DNA from: Chrysomallon squamiferum
Taxonomy: Eukaryota > Animalia > Mollusca
Length of the DNA stretch: 64,000 bases
Direction: 5' to 3'
NCBI GenBank assembly: GCA_012295275.1
Contig: CM022672.1
Span: forward strand, 32,736,001-32,800,000
Positions 1 through 13,319 of this stretch are shown piece after piece. Below the pieces are notes generated by a model that did no database searches, was not told the origin of the DNA, and saw only the letters and a list, made by a program, of their open reading frames with translations. The stretch's first letter is position 1. Every line of letters begins with the position of its first letter. Position numbers and translations under genes: made by a program.

Positions 1-306
1 TCACAAAACAATTCTGGTATAATGATTATACAAACGTGTTCACTTTGTTATAAACAAATTACCTACCTTAGACAACAAATATCAAGTATACCTAACATGT
101 GAATTAACAAATAAAAATAAATTCTCAGTAATAAACATAATTTTAATTCACTGTTACTCCCCTTAAACATTTTTAAATTCACAGACTGAATAATAATTAC
201 TTAAAATAAATAACAAAATTAAAATTACTAAATTTAATAACAACTACTAAAATAATAATAATAATGAAATAAAAAATGGTATGTGTTCACCTGTCAGTAC
301 AAATAT

Positions 307-525
307 GGGTGTGGTACTAGCTCAGTGGTGGAGTAACAACAGCATGTGGATGATCAGTGGATGAGTCTCTGTTGTCAAGTCTCTCAACTATTTCTTGTTA
401 CACCCAGTGCTGACATAACAAATGACATGGTACATACTGTCCTGTCAGTGGTATGTAGTATCCTGTTTCTGCTACATACTGTCCTGTAGTATGTAGTATC
501 CCGCCTTTCTCATCAGAAAGAGCAA
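307..525 (+). mobile_element. Degenerate tRNA-derived SINE
   Basis: Box-A-like TAGCTCAGTGG near the 5' end, then 'ctatttcttgttacacccagtgc...tgtcctgtcagtgg...tcagaaagag', resembling gastropod SINE cores (recalled, not searched). Mostly deleted in copy B (junction near 35949). Confidence 0.5.
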
Positions 526-1467
526 TCAAATAAATAAATAAAAGTCTATTTATATAGCGGAATATCCATTAATGATGTTCTAATGCATTTAACAATACTG
601 AAACAATAAACACTTAAAATCTTATATACATATACACATATGTATATCTTTATAAAAGTGTTCTCATTATGTCCATTCATGACTACGTATTTAGCCATCC
701 ATCAATTATCAGTCTGTAGATCTACCAACCTATTTTTATTTATCTGTAATTAAACCCTTTCCATCCCCTACCCTTCTGTGTATCATCCATCTATACACAG
801 TATGCTTATTCATCCTTCTAAAACATCCATCTATTCATCCATACATCCATCAGTCCATCTATCTACCTATCTATTTGTCTAGTTATCTGTGCCTCTCTCT
901 TGGAAACGCATAAACAAGTACACTAAAATACCCACATGTACAGACATGTATATAACCATTCTATGTTCCTAGCATACACACACATATATTCAAATAAACA
1001 TACATTATATCCTCTCCTCCTTTCAGATTTGCATATAAACTCTCACTGTGTAAAACATGTAAACATAAACACTCACATGTACACTTGTGTGTGTTTGGTG
1101 TTTGTGGGAGGGCAACAATGGAAACATCAATACTACTACTACTACTACAAGTACTACTATGCTATTACCACCATTTCTGCTGCTACTACTACTACTATTA
1201 CTACTACTACTGCTACTACTATTATACCACTATCAATGTTACTGCCAGTAGCAGAACTATATTTGAACAGATATGGGATGTTTTGGAAGCAGCATAACAG
1301 ATAACAATATATATATATATATATTTAATTAAATGCAGCATCTCAGATTTTCATTACTATTTTGTAGCAGTGTTAACTGATGTTACTTCTGCAGCCTTTC
1401 TTTCATAGAAGATCCATCCCTGCTTGACTACTACTGCTACTGTTACTATTACTACTATTACTACTAT

Positions 1468-1502
<35 letters not shown>

Positions 1503-1679
1503 ATAATAATAATAATAATAATCATGCTGACAACACACTTTTTAAATAGCAACATTGACAGTAACAATAACTGAAAAGACAAAGCACACAATAACAACAT
1601 TATGGTTAACAGTAAATATGACAAGAACATAAGCAATATTAACCGAAATGATAGAAATAACAGTTACCCTAAAAACAGC

Positions 1680-1865
1680 TTTATTATTAATTCTTGTTTT
1701 AATCTTAGATAAAAAACTGTTAAATAATTACTAACTAACAAGTACTACAAAACTACTAGTTTTATTAGTAATTCTTGTTTTAATTAGATAAAAAGTGTTA
1801 TATTATTACAAACACAACATACAAAACTACCAGTTTTATTATTAATTCTTGTTTTCTTCTTACAT
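1680..1865 (+). repeat. AT-rich minisatellite, unit ~70 bp (longer arrays at ~37655-38040 and ~39255-39640)
   Basis: Recurring 'aaaactac(t/c)agttttatta(t/g)taattcttgtttt...tagataaaaa...tgttaaatta...acaaactaac'. Confidence 0.7.
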
Positions 1866-3774
1866 TTCTTTATGTGCATCATTGTCACAGCATTGATGTT
1901 TATAATAGTTATTCACGAAAACTGAATAAACAGAACACACAGACACACACACACAAACACCTACATATATCTATAATTATTTATATACACACATACACAC
2001 ATACTGTATTATTTGAAACCTTTATTTATAAAGATATTAATGATATCATACATTAATAATTTAAAAGCATTAATTACATAGCTATATTCAGTTTATACGT
2101 GATCTGCATACAAATGAAACATACTCGGACATAATTTTAGTGAAATCAAAAATCAGATGAAAAACAAAAACAAATAAAATTACAATAAACAAAAGTCAGT
2201 ACCACAACTCTGATAAATTACTTCAAAATAGTTGTATATTCAGAGGCATTTTCTTTGTAACATACGATTTATTATTATTATTATTATGGCCTAAAATAAA
2301 TAAAGTATAATAAATTAAGTAAATTATATTATATTTAATCACTATTTCTCTATCATTACAAATAAAATTGCATTAAATTTGACTCAATTCAGATAAAATA
2401 AAATGTTACTAACCAAAGATAAAACTAACCATCCCAAAAATGCATCCTGTTTAAAAGTATTTAAATACTAACAGGCTACATTAACAGAAATACAAGTTTA
2501 AAATAAATAAATGAGAAAACAACTAAGAATATTAACTGAAATGATTTATGAATAATAAACAATCTCACTGATTTATCTGATTAATAACAACAGTGAATAT
2601 TACATATTACTGAAATAGCATTTTATTTTGTTTATTTGAATGTATCCTTTGTGTAGAAAATTGATTTCTAAAACATTATGAAAATTAAATATTCATTCAT
2701 TTAAATGTGCCATTCCTTTGTTGTTGTTTTTCTGATAACAATGAGTGTAAATTAAATTGAGAAAAATAGTTTCTAACTTGATCTAAACATTTATGGTATA
2801 TTAAATATCAATTTTTAGATGACAACATTTAGAATACTTCGAATTTAAATTGTATCATATATATACTTAGTATTTCTTTAACATTACAAATAATAAGTTT
2901 ACTTTAAATTAATTCTGAAGAATTAAAATATTAATAACGAAGGATGCATCCTGTTTAATATTAAGCAATTTTAATATCAACAGGCTGTTGTAATCTTAAT
3001 CGTAGTAATTATATTTTTAGTCATTTTTCAGTCTAACAAAGACTTGAAACTATGAAACAAAACCTTTCAGAATTAAACACGTGTCCAGAACAATCATCTT
3101 TTCTTTTCAGAACTTTTGGGTTTTGTTTCTTACTGACAAGATGAATGTCGTGTACACAAGCTGGACCCTAGAACTGCTCATCTTCCCGAAACTTTCATCT
3201 GAAAATGAAAATCAAATTACAAATGATTACCGATTTCATTTATCAATTCTTCGTGTTTGTGTGTGTGAACTTTATTCTTTTTATTTTATTTACTTTATAT
3301 ATGTTACAGGAAATATTATAATCTGATTATTAATCAGGAAATATGCCTATAAAAAATTAAAAAATATAAATATTCTGATTGCAATAAACATATTCCTGTA
3401 ACATATAAAATAAATAAATCAAGAACAAAGTTTAACAACAATTCAAGCATATCTAGACTTTAATTATTAAATATTAAATATTTAACATTTATTAGAATTC
3501 ATATCTTTTTCTTTTTTCTTTTTTTTTTTCTTTTTTTTTTTTTTTCTAGTTGATATTTTAAAACAAACTATCTATAAAGATATGCTTTTTTTTTTTTTTT
3601 TTATTATTACCTGTTGTTGTTGGGCTTTTATTTTTATTTCGTTACCTTTCAACAAATTTTGTCCACTGTTTTGATAATACAGGAACTCTTGCATAGTATT
3701 AATCGTTCTTAACAATATCTTTGTATTACAAATGAGGCTTTATTGGCTAAAATATCATGTCACGTGATACTAAC

Positions 3775-4395
3775 TTAATAGGATCCTTCAAGTTCCAAGA
3801 CTGCTTCGAAAAGTGTTACTGCGTTTGGAAAATCAGAACCATCTTTTCTTTTCCGATTATCAATGGACTTTTGAATAAGTTCAATAGAATATCCCATTTC
3901 CAAAACTGCCTGGATCGTTGGGCTGTAGACATAATTACTACTCGAGCTGTCATCACTTGTTGCCTGAGTCACAACGCTATTCACAGATTTTACAAAACAG
4001 CTGTTGTCGGCTTTATCGGAACTCTTTTCAACAATATTCGTTTTATTTTTCGAGTCCTTCTTTAATTCCTCAGCTTCAACCATTTTCCTTATTTCATCAA
4101 TGTCCAGTTTGTCAGCGAATTCACAGTTCTTAGCCCATTCTTTGTGAACAACTGGCGGAAAATCATCGTCATCCCAGTCACGCAAAGTTAGTCCACAATG
4201 AAAACATCTTGCGCGTTCGGCCGATCCTATGTAGAAAAATCCACAGTGAGCCAAAATACTGGGCTTCTGCAAGGGCGATAAGAGCGGCCATCCAACGAAG
4301 CTTTCCAACCTTTTTTCATAGCTCTCGTTCTCGCTGTATTTTGGAATACTACCAGAGCTACTGTAATACCTTTGTAATTTTGGAAAGTCTCCCAT
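3775..4395 (-). CDS. Inhibitor of apoptosis (IAP/BIRC-like) protein, single BIR + UBA, no RING, intronless, 206 aa
   Basis: BIR: RLESF..WP...LAHCGFFYIG...CFHC-x16-H-x6-C. IAP-type UBA: PTIQAVLEMGYSIELIQK...G.DF...TLFEAVL. AATAAA on the minus strand at 3739-3744. Confidence 0.93.
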   Translation of the reverse strand: MGDFPKLQRYYSSSGSIPKYSENESYEKRLESFVGWPLLSPLQKPSILAHCGFFYIGSAERARCFHCGLTLRDWDDDDFPPVVHKEWAKNCEFADKLDIDEIRKMVEAEELKKDSKNKTNIVEKSSDKADNSCFVKSVNSVVTQATSDDSSSSNYVYSPTIQAVLEMGYSIELIQKSIDNRKRKDGSDFPNAVTLFEAVLELEGSY

Positions 4396-4416
4396 CTTTC
4401 ACTTACAATTTCAGCT

Positions 4417-4575
4417 TCATGTGGTCCGGTGGCAGGGACCGATAAGCGTGCATTGCGGTCCGTACAAAGTTGTTTTGCTGATACTATACCTCTGAGATGT
4501 GCTCTTTAAGAATCTGAATGATGCCACTCTGTCATCTTTGGGCAATCCGCACAATATGCAAATTAAGGCCGCCAT
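4417..4575 (-). promoter_or_regulatory. Putative IAP 5' leader: 52-codon uORF in frame with the IAP, overlapping YY1-like and octamer motifs
   Basis: ATG at 4575 (gtaATGG), peptide MAALICILCG...GPCHRTT*. ATGGCGGC (YY1-like) and ATGCAAAT (octamer, ~4556-4563) are present in both copies. Confidence 0.4.
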
Positions 4576-4859
4576 TACTGAAAATCTCGTTTTCGTCAAT
4601 ATCTCAGTAACTACACATCGTATCAAAATAATTTTGGTGTCTATACACATGCTTTTAGGGGTAAAGAATCAGATTTAACCATTACAGTATTGATCACACC
4701 AATATTTTCTGCAAAATATGCACAAATCAACTTCAGTGTATATCCGAGTCGTTACAGAACATCCTCTTTACTTATGTTGATGCATGTTTTTATATATTTA
4801 TTTATTGTCACAGGCATTGTCATGCAAAAAAAAAAAAAAAATAATAATAATAATAATAA

Positions 4860-4890
<31 letters not shown>

Positions 4891-5068
4891 AAGAAGAAGA
4901 AAAATAAGAAAATAAATAAATAAGAAATGAAAAAAGGTAAATCTAAGGTTTTTTTTTTTTGCTAAACGTTATTTACTGTCATCATTTCACTTTGCTTTAG
5001 TTTAATTTTTATTTCTTTTGAAAAATCCAAGTTTATCAATTATTTATTTATTTATTTATTTTTTTTTA

Positions 5069-5138
<70 letters not shown>

Positions 5139-8100
5139 CATATATAGTTCAGTTTTATTTGATTTGAATAACTAGAACTGAATTTTTAAGCTATTTGTAG
5201 TTAATAAAGAATTTTGATTATTATTTTATAAACAATAAAATCTTATGATTTTTTTATGTCATATTTTTATATTATTTATTTATTTATTTAAATTTTTTTT
5301 AATTTTTGAATATTTTTTTAGTGAAACAAAATGAAAGCAATCATTTTTTTGCACACACACACACACCCACACACACATATATTATTTAAATGAAGTAACT
5401 TAAACAAATAATTAGTTTGTTTTTGGCATGATGGATCCTATTAAAGGCAATAAACAGCTGTCACCCACCATGATGTTCTGTATCATAATGTAGATAGTCA
5501 TTTCTACATTCAACAATTTTACTGTCAGTGAAGGTAAACGTTTCACAAGACATTCTCTATGGAAATCTGTGAAAGTTCAATGCATTTCCTTTAGAATTTG
5601 TGCAAGAAAAACTCAATAGTTAAAAATAAAAAATAAATGAATAAAAAATAAATAAATAAGATAATTTGTCATTTAAATTTTTTGTTGTTGTTGCTGCTGA
5701 GTTGTTTTGTTTAACTGACATTTGAAAGAACAAGGGACAAACATTTGTTTCAGAATGTGGTTTTTTTTAATAACTTTTGCTGCTTCCTGAAGAGAATCAG
5801 TTTTGTCTCAGATCATCAGCAGAAAAATTCAAATATGTGTACAAATTAAATGAACAGTCACACTTGTGATTTGTTGAGAATATAATAAATTATGTAATAT
5901 TTGTATCATGCTATTTTTTTTCTATTTACAATTATGTAGGCTTTGCTATACATTTTCTCACCCATATCAAGACACTTTTTAATAAAAGTAAATAAATACT
6001 GTTTGTATTACTTTTTTCTAATACCTTGAACCTCAAAGGCCATTTGTGCAAATGATAGTTATGTCAACCTAGATTTAACTTAATTCCACTTTTTTTAATT
6101 CAATATTATTTATTTTTTTTAAAGAAAAAAGAAAATAATAATAATAATAAAATATCTTATTCAGTGTATTCAATAACTTATTTAAATACACAATCTATCA
6201 GATTTAAGCAACATCCTTCTTAAGATTTTGTCTAAATTACAACTATCAATGTGATATTTAATACCAACAATTAATGTCTGGCCTCCAGTTGTGTTCTTAA
6301 ATAATATTAACAATTTGTAATAAAAGTAAATAAATACCAGTTCTATAATAAAAAAAAGAAAAGAAATAATAATAATAATTAAAAAAAAAATAGGAGAAAA
6401 AAGAACCATTCTGTAATAAAATTTGATTTCCATTTAGTGATATGTAGTAATATATTAAAGTTTGTAACAGACATGGTTTTTGATATACTGGAGTGGAGTT
6501 TAGATCATCTCATGAACTTGGTTTCCATGATCAAACCTCCTCAGTGGACCTGATTACTGATGTAACACAACAAAGTAAAGGTCTCTGAAACACAAACCCC
6601 TCAAAATTGTGCACCCAATAATTTAGAATGTATGTCATGTCACCAAACTGTAATCAGGTACATCAATGAAGTTTCATTGTAAGAACCAAATAGAACAAGT
6701 GAGGTAACTCTTATCCCAGTGTATCAGAATTGGTATATTTGCACATGCATAATGCACACCTTAATATATTAATTCAGAATGGTCTACTTTGATTATAAAA
6801 TGATAAGAAAATAACACAGAAATTTGTTTTAAAACCATTTATTTTGACATAATTTTGCATGAATATATAGTTTAAATAGTTGAAATACAGAATTTATATT
6901 TAATAAATGGAATATAAACTTATTTCTGTAAAGTTATCAGTGAAGTTTTACCTTTATATTTACATGGAAAATACTGCATCATAAAAATATGAGTAAAACA
7001 ATTTCTGTCATGACAAACGTATGGCTTGGTTTTTTCTTTTTTCTTTTATGTATGTAATAGGGTATAAAATAATGTTCAATATTATTATTATTATTATTAA
7101 GAAAGTTCCCTCTAACCTTTTGTCTTGTCCGTCAGCAAATAAATTTATTTTATTTTAAACAGTCCTTTGATGAATGTAAATACAGTAACACAAGGGTATG
7201 AAAACAACATGTAGTTAAATTAGAAAGTAATAAAATCAGTTATTTTTGGTGATTACACTCAAGAGGATCATTTTTGTTTCAGTGCATTCCAGTTAAACTC
7301 TCAACATAGATTATGTAAATGTTATTAGAATTGAATTCTGAAGAAACATATAACACAAGGCCTCAAAACACTTTTTGAACACAGAAATTGTCTGACAGTG
7401 TCAGCGATAATGAGGTGATCTGAAATTCATAATGATCTTCAATTAATTGCTACACAGACTGAACAGTCACAATCTGAAATATACGACAATTTCAAGAATT
7501 AAAAGACTTTTATATATATTCATACCTTATCATACTTTAAAGTATCTGCAAACTGAAAAACTCAACACATCATCACAACAAACCTTTGCTTCTTTAAGCA
7601 GTTTACAATGTCCAAAATGTGTTCCAGAAAACCCCAAGAAACAAACCATAAAGAACATAATCAAAATCCCACCTCAAAAACCCCTAAATTAAACAAAAAC
7701 TAAACAACAACAAAATAATAGAAATAAGAATTTATTCAAAAACAAATAAGTCTAAGAAACAAGATAATAATTAAGTTCATTTTAAAGAACTCAAATCAAA
7801 TAAATAAATAAATAAATAAATAAATAAACCAAAATGGCTTCTCATTTGAGGTTATTGTATTCAGAAAAAAATTTACCATTGGTGTAAATTTAAACAGTTC
7901 CAAAATATAACTGATCATTTCTGGTCATTCTCATCCTAGCTTACTCAGTTTAACATGTAATGCAATGCTTTTCGAACAGAATTATGAAACAAAGCAGAGA
8001 ATAATTTGGATACTTGTAACCTACTTACAAATGTTTCATGTTATTCAAAATAAATAATAATTAAAATCAAGGTGGTTGGTCATTTGTTGTCACTATTTAA

Positions 8101-8504
8101 GGTATATCCTTCATCGACCTTAAAGAATTTCAGATAAAATGCAAAGTACTTTGAATTGCTTTAGGAAATGGTTACAACCTATATTGATGATTTAGTAGAC
8201 CAAACATGTATAAAGTATAATGCAAGATGCTCTTAATTTCAGATTATTTGAAATTCATCTAATTATAAACTTCCAGAAAAACAATGAATCTAATCAATGG
8301 GTACTTTAATACGTTTGTTAAATTGTAAAATTATGCCTTTGTTACTAATAATTAGCTAATTGCACAGACCTGTTTATATTTTAAATTTTCTCTAAATGTA
8401 TCAGCAAACAGGCTGTAATTTTATGTTTGTTATTTGCATACATGGTTATAACAATATTAAAGACATTGAAAAATTAATATTTATTAGTATCATCATTTAT
8501 ATTT

Positions 8505-8680
8505 AAGCAGAATGTTGTATTTAACATCTCTCTCTCGTTTTAAATCTTGTTTATGCATAATGATGAAATGGAAAAAGAAACCTGTTTCAGCCACTCCATA
8601 TTATCTTTAATGACTGTAACAGATGTTTTATATAAACCTTGACATAAACAGAAAAACTCATATCACAACTTTTATCACTT
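8505..8680 (-). mobile_element. Degenerate SINE fragment (a plus-strand fragment follows at ~8870-9000)
   Basis: 'aatgttgtatttaac...gaaacctgtttcagccact...ttttatataaacc...acag...catatcacaacttt' resembles the reverse complement of the same SINE family. Confidence 0.35.
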
Positions 8681-9737
8681 GTTTAAGTTTTGAAAGAAAG
8701 TAATAAAACAAGACTTTTTCATTATTCTTGTAATTGCTATTAATGGGTGAAAAGCTAAAACATGAAAACAAAACTTTTTAGGATTACTGTTTTGCTATGC
8801 ACTTGATTTTGACTAATGTAGAACAGAGCCTTTATTTACCATTTCAAATCAGAATGAGTTATGATGGGCAATAGTACCAGTATGTGTTTTACTGTTAAAT
8901 GAAAGATTGTGCTGCTAGTGGAGAAGTGAAATGGGTTTCCTCTGTGTCAGCAACAACACAAATATATATAATCACAGAGTTTTGCTTCTTTTAAAGGTGT
9001 TATTTGCTTGGTGTGGTTTCATTTTTGTTGTTTTCTGTGTATGTCCTTTGCTTTTTTGTTTTGTTTTCTTATTTCTTCTAGGCTGACTAAACAACAAAAA
9101 CATTTATGAAATGGTTTAAAATACTTTTTTTTTTTTTTTTTTTAAATATTTAATTTTCTTTACTTATTTTCTTTATTTTCCTTATTTTTTATTTATTTAT
9201 TTATTCGTTTATTTATTATATTTCTTTTTTCTGATTTTCTTATAATATATTACTATTTGAGTTTATTATTTCTATACAATATTTATATACGAAAATATTC
9301 TGAAGAATATTTATTTATTTTTAATGCTTCTATACAATTTTGTTTTAATAGTTTTAACTGTTAAATGAAAGAGTACACAGTTACCATAATTATTTATGAA
9401 ACTATATTTTAAAGAGAAGGCAGGATATTCTATACAGACTGGTTGGATTTGAAACAAAATTATTTCATTTTGATCAGAAATATTTGTTTATAAGATATGA
9501 AGAAATTTGAATTTAAAAATATCTTTTAAATAAATCAGATGAAAAATGGTTCATTAAAAAATGGTAAGTCATTTCTTTCAAAGTTATTGAAACAATAGCA
9601 TTAATTGCAACTTTATAAACAATGCTTTGAGAAAAATTACAATCCAGTCATGCATAAACATTTTACAGTGCAGTCATTTTCTTCACGTGTTTAGGAAATC
9701 TGTAGAAATTAAAACTACAATATGTGTGTGGGTGTGT

Positions 9738-10239
9738 GTGCTACTTTGGCATGTGATCTACAACTTAAAGGGCGATCTACAGCAAAGAAATATATATATA
9801 TATAGAACATTTCTATAATATAAATGGAAGATCTTAAAATCCTTAAAGATTAATGCATGATACATCTATAAGAACATCATATCCAGGGAAGCTTCATTTA
9901 TTAGTACATATTCGATTTTTTATTCATTCCGACGAATAGCCAGAATACTCCAATTTAAATCGTCTAAATTTCCAATACTCAAATAATTCAAAGAACCTGG
10001 TCGGATTTGAAAATTGTATTTTGAAAAAGATGAGAGGAGTGAAGCAAAGAACCTTCCAACCACACCCTGATTATTTCTGTTGGCTGCAGATGAGGAAGAA
10101 TGCTGAAGATGTTTTTCTTGCGTTTAATTCATCGATACAATTATTCAAATAATAAGTATTCGTTTTAGCCCTTGTTCCTATAAATAACAAATATATAAGA
10201 AAAGAAAAATATATGCCGTTTAATTTATGCCGTGAAAAA

Positions 10240-10270
<31 letters not shown>

Positions 10271-10340
10271 TAAAATAAGCGCGTAGATGACACATCGAAG
10301 TAAAATTTGCAGGGTGTAGATCACACGCTAAATAGCACTG
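9738..10340. mobile_element. MITE-like segment bounded by ~25-bp inverted repeats
   Basis: gtgctactttggcatgtgatctaca (9738-9762) vs tgtagatcacacgctaaatagcac(tg) (10315-10340): 2 mismatches and 1 gap. Extra GATCTAC/GTAGAT subterminal motifs. No clear TSD. Confidence 0.5.
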
Positions 10341-11113
10341 TTAATTAAAGTGATCAATGTAATATCTGCTTTGAAAATTATAAAATGTTTAATTTTACCT
10401 GTATTTCATTACTTAGTAATAAAGATAACATATAGAAATTTGTGATTCACGTGTGTTTTTTAATTCACTGTTGCCGTTTCAATGTAACATGTAAACTATC
10501 TTGTAAAACTTGACTTAACTATTAAACGTCCCATATTTTATTTTCTTACGTGTTATAATACAGCTTTAGTAATCACATAAATATCACATGTAGCAGTGAA
10601 TGAAATGTGCAGTACTTGTATATTTATATCACATTAACACATTTCTACGACATTTTTCGTTTATTACTTTTCGGATCCACCGACTTAAATTCTATCATCT
10701 ACGAAAATAAAAATAATTGAGATTTAGTTATTTTTAATCTTATTTTTTCTTGTCAATTTATATGTAGACAATGTACCTACATCTCGTAAATTATTTTTCG
10801 CATCAGTTATATTGCCGTCGTCCATATTGTGAAATTAATTTCCGTTTAGTATGCAAATCAATTTATTAATCGAAATTTGTACGCGAAGGAAAACTCCAGC
10901 AGCATAACGCTGTTCAAACATTGGGTTGAATACGTCAGTTATTGGAACCATGTCTGAACTGGCACAGTTTTCGTTCAGTTTGTCGAAGTCATTCCACATA
11001 CTTTGGCATTTCTTGTTGATGTGGCAATCGTTCTTGACCGAGTCTAACTTGTCTGACAGTCTCGAGGAAACGCCATATGTTATCAGAAAATAGCTGCTTC
11101 AAATCGTCTAGAT

Positions 11114-13170
11114 CAGGGGCAGGCAAACATTTTAAAACAGGGGCTGCATGGATCTTACAGGAAGAGCACGAGGGCCAGAATATGAAATGAGAACAAAATA
11201 GATTTCAAAACGTGTATTTTATGTAAACAGTAAATTCACTTTTAACGAATGTAAGAAGAGTTAATGAGATGGGTGGTGTTGCATACCACGAAGCTCAACT
11301 GATGAGGTGGACAAGAGAAGAATGTCATTTAGATGGCGGTCAGAGAGTTGCGAGCGGAGGTGATACTTTGTATATTGCATTTTCGAGATCAGTTGTTCAC
11401 AACAAAATGTACTTCTGAAGATAGCTACAATGCGCTGAACATGTTTAATAAATTGTGGAAATTTGCCAGATGGAAGGAGACATCATGAAAGAAGGAAAGA
11501 GGAAAAGAAGTGCGCAACGTATCTTTTAATTCATCATTGCATCATATCTACCAACTCCATCTGCAAGGAAGCTGTAGAATCTTCCACTGGGATTTCAAAA
11601 GGGGTCCTGAACAATTTGAAATCTGCAGATAGTGGTCGGATACCTCCAAAACGGGAGACAAATTCTTTCCGCAGTGAACTGATGACTGCAGCACAAGTCG
11701 ATATCAGGAAATTAACAAGCAGCAAGATGAGGAAAATGCTGAAACTGACCGTTAGACAACTGGGATTCCCACAAGCGTAGTTTAACTTCAAATGCTGTGA
11801 GTACATACATCTCTGGAACAAGAATGTCCTTACCTTGCAAACTGACATTGAGCATTTTGAGGTATGTGGTGATATCCATGAGAAAAGCCAAGCAGGCAGC
11901 CATTTTGAGTCTACACGAGACAGCATGGTTGCACGACTCAGCACTTCAGAAAAGTAGGTCAGGTCACCGTTGTGCGCATTGACTTCGTCCATCAGTAGGT
12001 ACCAGGAACTGGCGATATTTCAGACTGTGAGAAAGTACGGAATTGACAACCTTCACTACAGCTGACTTGACATCAACGACATTTGCAGACTTGGCACACA
12101 GACATTCTTGGTGGGTGATTCAGTGCAGTTCATGCATGGTCTGATTGTGTCCAAAAGTCTCACTTTGTCGAACGAACAAAGAAGCCGCACCTTTATTCTC
12201 TCCAATTACTGCCGGTGCCCCATCAACTTTTACACTTACAAGACCGGAGAGATCAAGGGAGTGATGCTCCACATACTGAAATAAAGCACTGAACATGTCT
12301 TTTCCAATGGTGGTGCCATGTAGTGGATCAATCTCAAATAACTCTTCATGCACCTCGAGGGCAGAAGTGACACCACGTATGAAAATAGCCAATTCGGCTG
12401 TGTCTTCCATATCAGGGAAGAACAAGAGAGACAGCGACAAAGGTCGAGGACTTACTCTTTAATGAGTCTTGCACACTGTCAACGTGGCGACGAACAGTAC
12501 GAGACGACAGACACATATTTTCCATGACTGAACGTTGTTCTGGGCAGACAGAATTCACCACAGTCATGAGACATTCCTCGACAAAGTCTTCATCCTTTGA
12601 GCAAGTAATAGTGAAACTTTGTAACTGCACCGTGCCACTTTTTCATGCTGAGATATCTGTTTACGAAACATCAAAGTGACTTTTTCGAAATTGTCTGACA
12701 GTTTTGCGATGGTATCCTTTTTCTCCGTCCACTTAGAGTTGAATATTCGACTTTCCATATCCACTTTTCTCAGTTTTAAATGCGAGGTTGCGGACATGAT
12801 TGGCTGGGGGAAAATGATAGATAGTAAAAAGCAAAAATGCAAAAACCAGTTCTGTTTGTGACAGCAAGAAGTTAGCGTGGTTCAATTCGCCCGCGTGTGT
12901 AACTGACACATCGTTATAGTTTGCATATTTTGAAGCAAGCGGTCATTTAAAATTCGGTTACGGGCACTATTGATTCGACGAGCACCTTCAAGACGCCTTC
13001 AATTTTAAACCTCAGAGCGACTTGAATAAAAAAAAAAAAAAAGCTATGTCAACTGATTTATTTCATTGACTTTTATTTTGCTGTCTCGCGGGTCGGATGG
13101 CAATGTTAATTGTGAACACTTTGGCGGGCAAGCCAATACAACTTCGCGGGTCAAAGTTTGCCCGCCCCTG
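11114..13170 (-). mobile_element. hAT-Charlie (SPIN/Buster-type) DNA transposon, non-autonomous decayed copy
   Basis: 15-bp TIRs CAGGGGCAGGCAAAC / GTTTGCCCGCCCCTG. 8-bp TSD gtctagat (11106-11113) / atctagaa (13171-13178) matches the Charlie NTCTAGAN target. Confidence 0.93.
11330..12797 (-). pseudogene. Frameshifted hAT transposase (GTF2IRD2/EPM2AIP1-like)
   Basis: Fragments in several frames: MSATSHLKLRKVDMESRIFNSKW, DEDFVEECL..VCPE...LSSRTVRRHV, DTAELAIFIRGV...LHGTTIGKDMF...VKVDGAPAVIGENKG, LAFLMDIT..L..LNVSLQGK...AFEVKLRLW...HFPHL, LQMELVDM. Confidence 0.88.
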
Positions 13171-13319
13171 ATCTAGAAAAATAAATAAATAAATAAATAA
13201 ATAAAGGAAAATAACTGCCCTTTAAAATATTTATTTCTGTTACAGGTAAATAAAATTTAATATATTTCTTGCTTTCGTAAATTGCCCCACTTTCCATATT
13301 TCACTCATTAGTGTGTGTG

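Noticed and set aside
936-1636. Poly-Y/T/S/L ORFs here and similar ones at 13891, 22178, 28543-28913, 50943, 58038 and 62735-63046
   Set aside because: Translations of microsatellite or low-complexity DNA.
1-3770. Downstream RING exon for the IAP
   Set aside because: No C3HC4 pattern found by eye on the minus strand in either copy; a stop and AATAAA follow the UBA.
4396-4419. All three in-frame stops between the uORF and the IAP ATG are TGA (possible selenocysteine or readthrough fusion)
   Set aside because: No SECIS-like hairpin seen in the short 3' region, triple readthrough is implausible, and the uORF differs between copies mainly by amino-acid changes.
4417-4575. uORF as a THAP/ZAD zinc finger
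   Set aside because: Only the N-terminal CxxC and an 'SFRF' resemblance. The conserved Trp and CxxHF / second CxxC are absent.
11463-11992. ORFs 11463-11780 (+), 11534-11992 (-) and their copy-B equivalents as separate genes
   Set aside because: Antisense or out-of-frame readings of the decayed hAT transposase.
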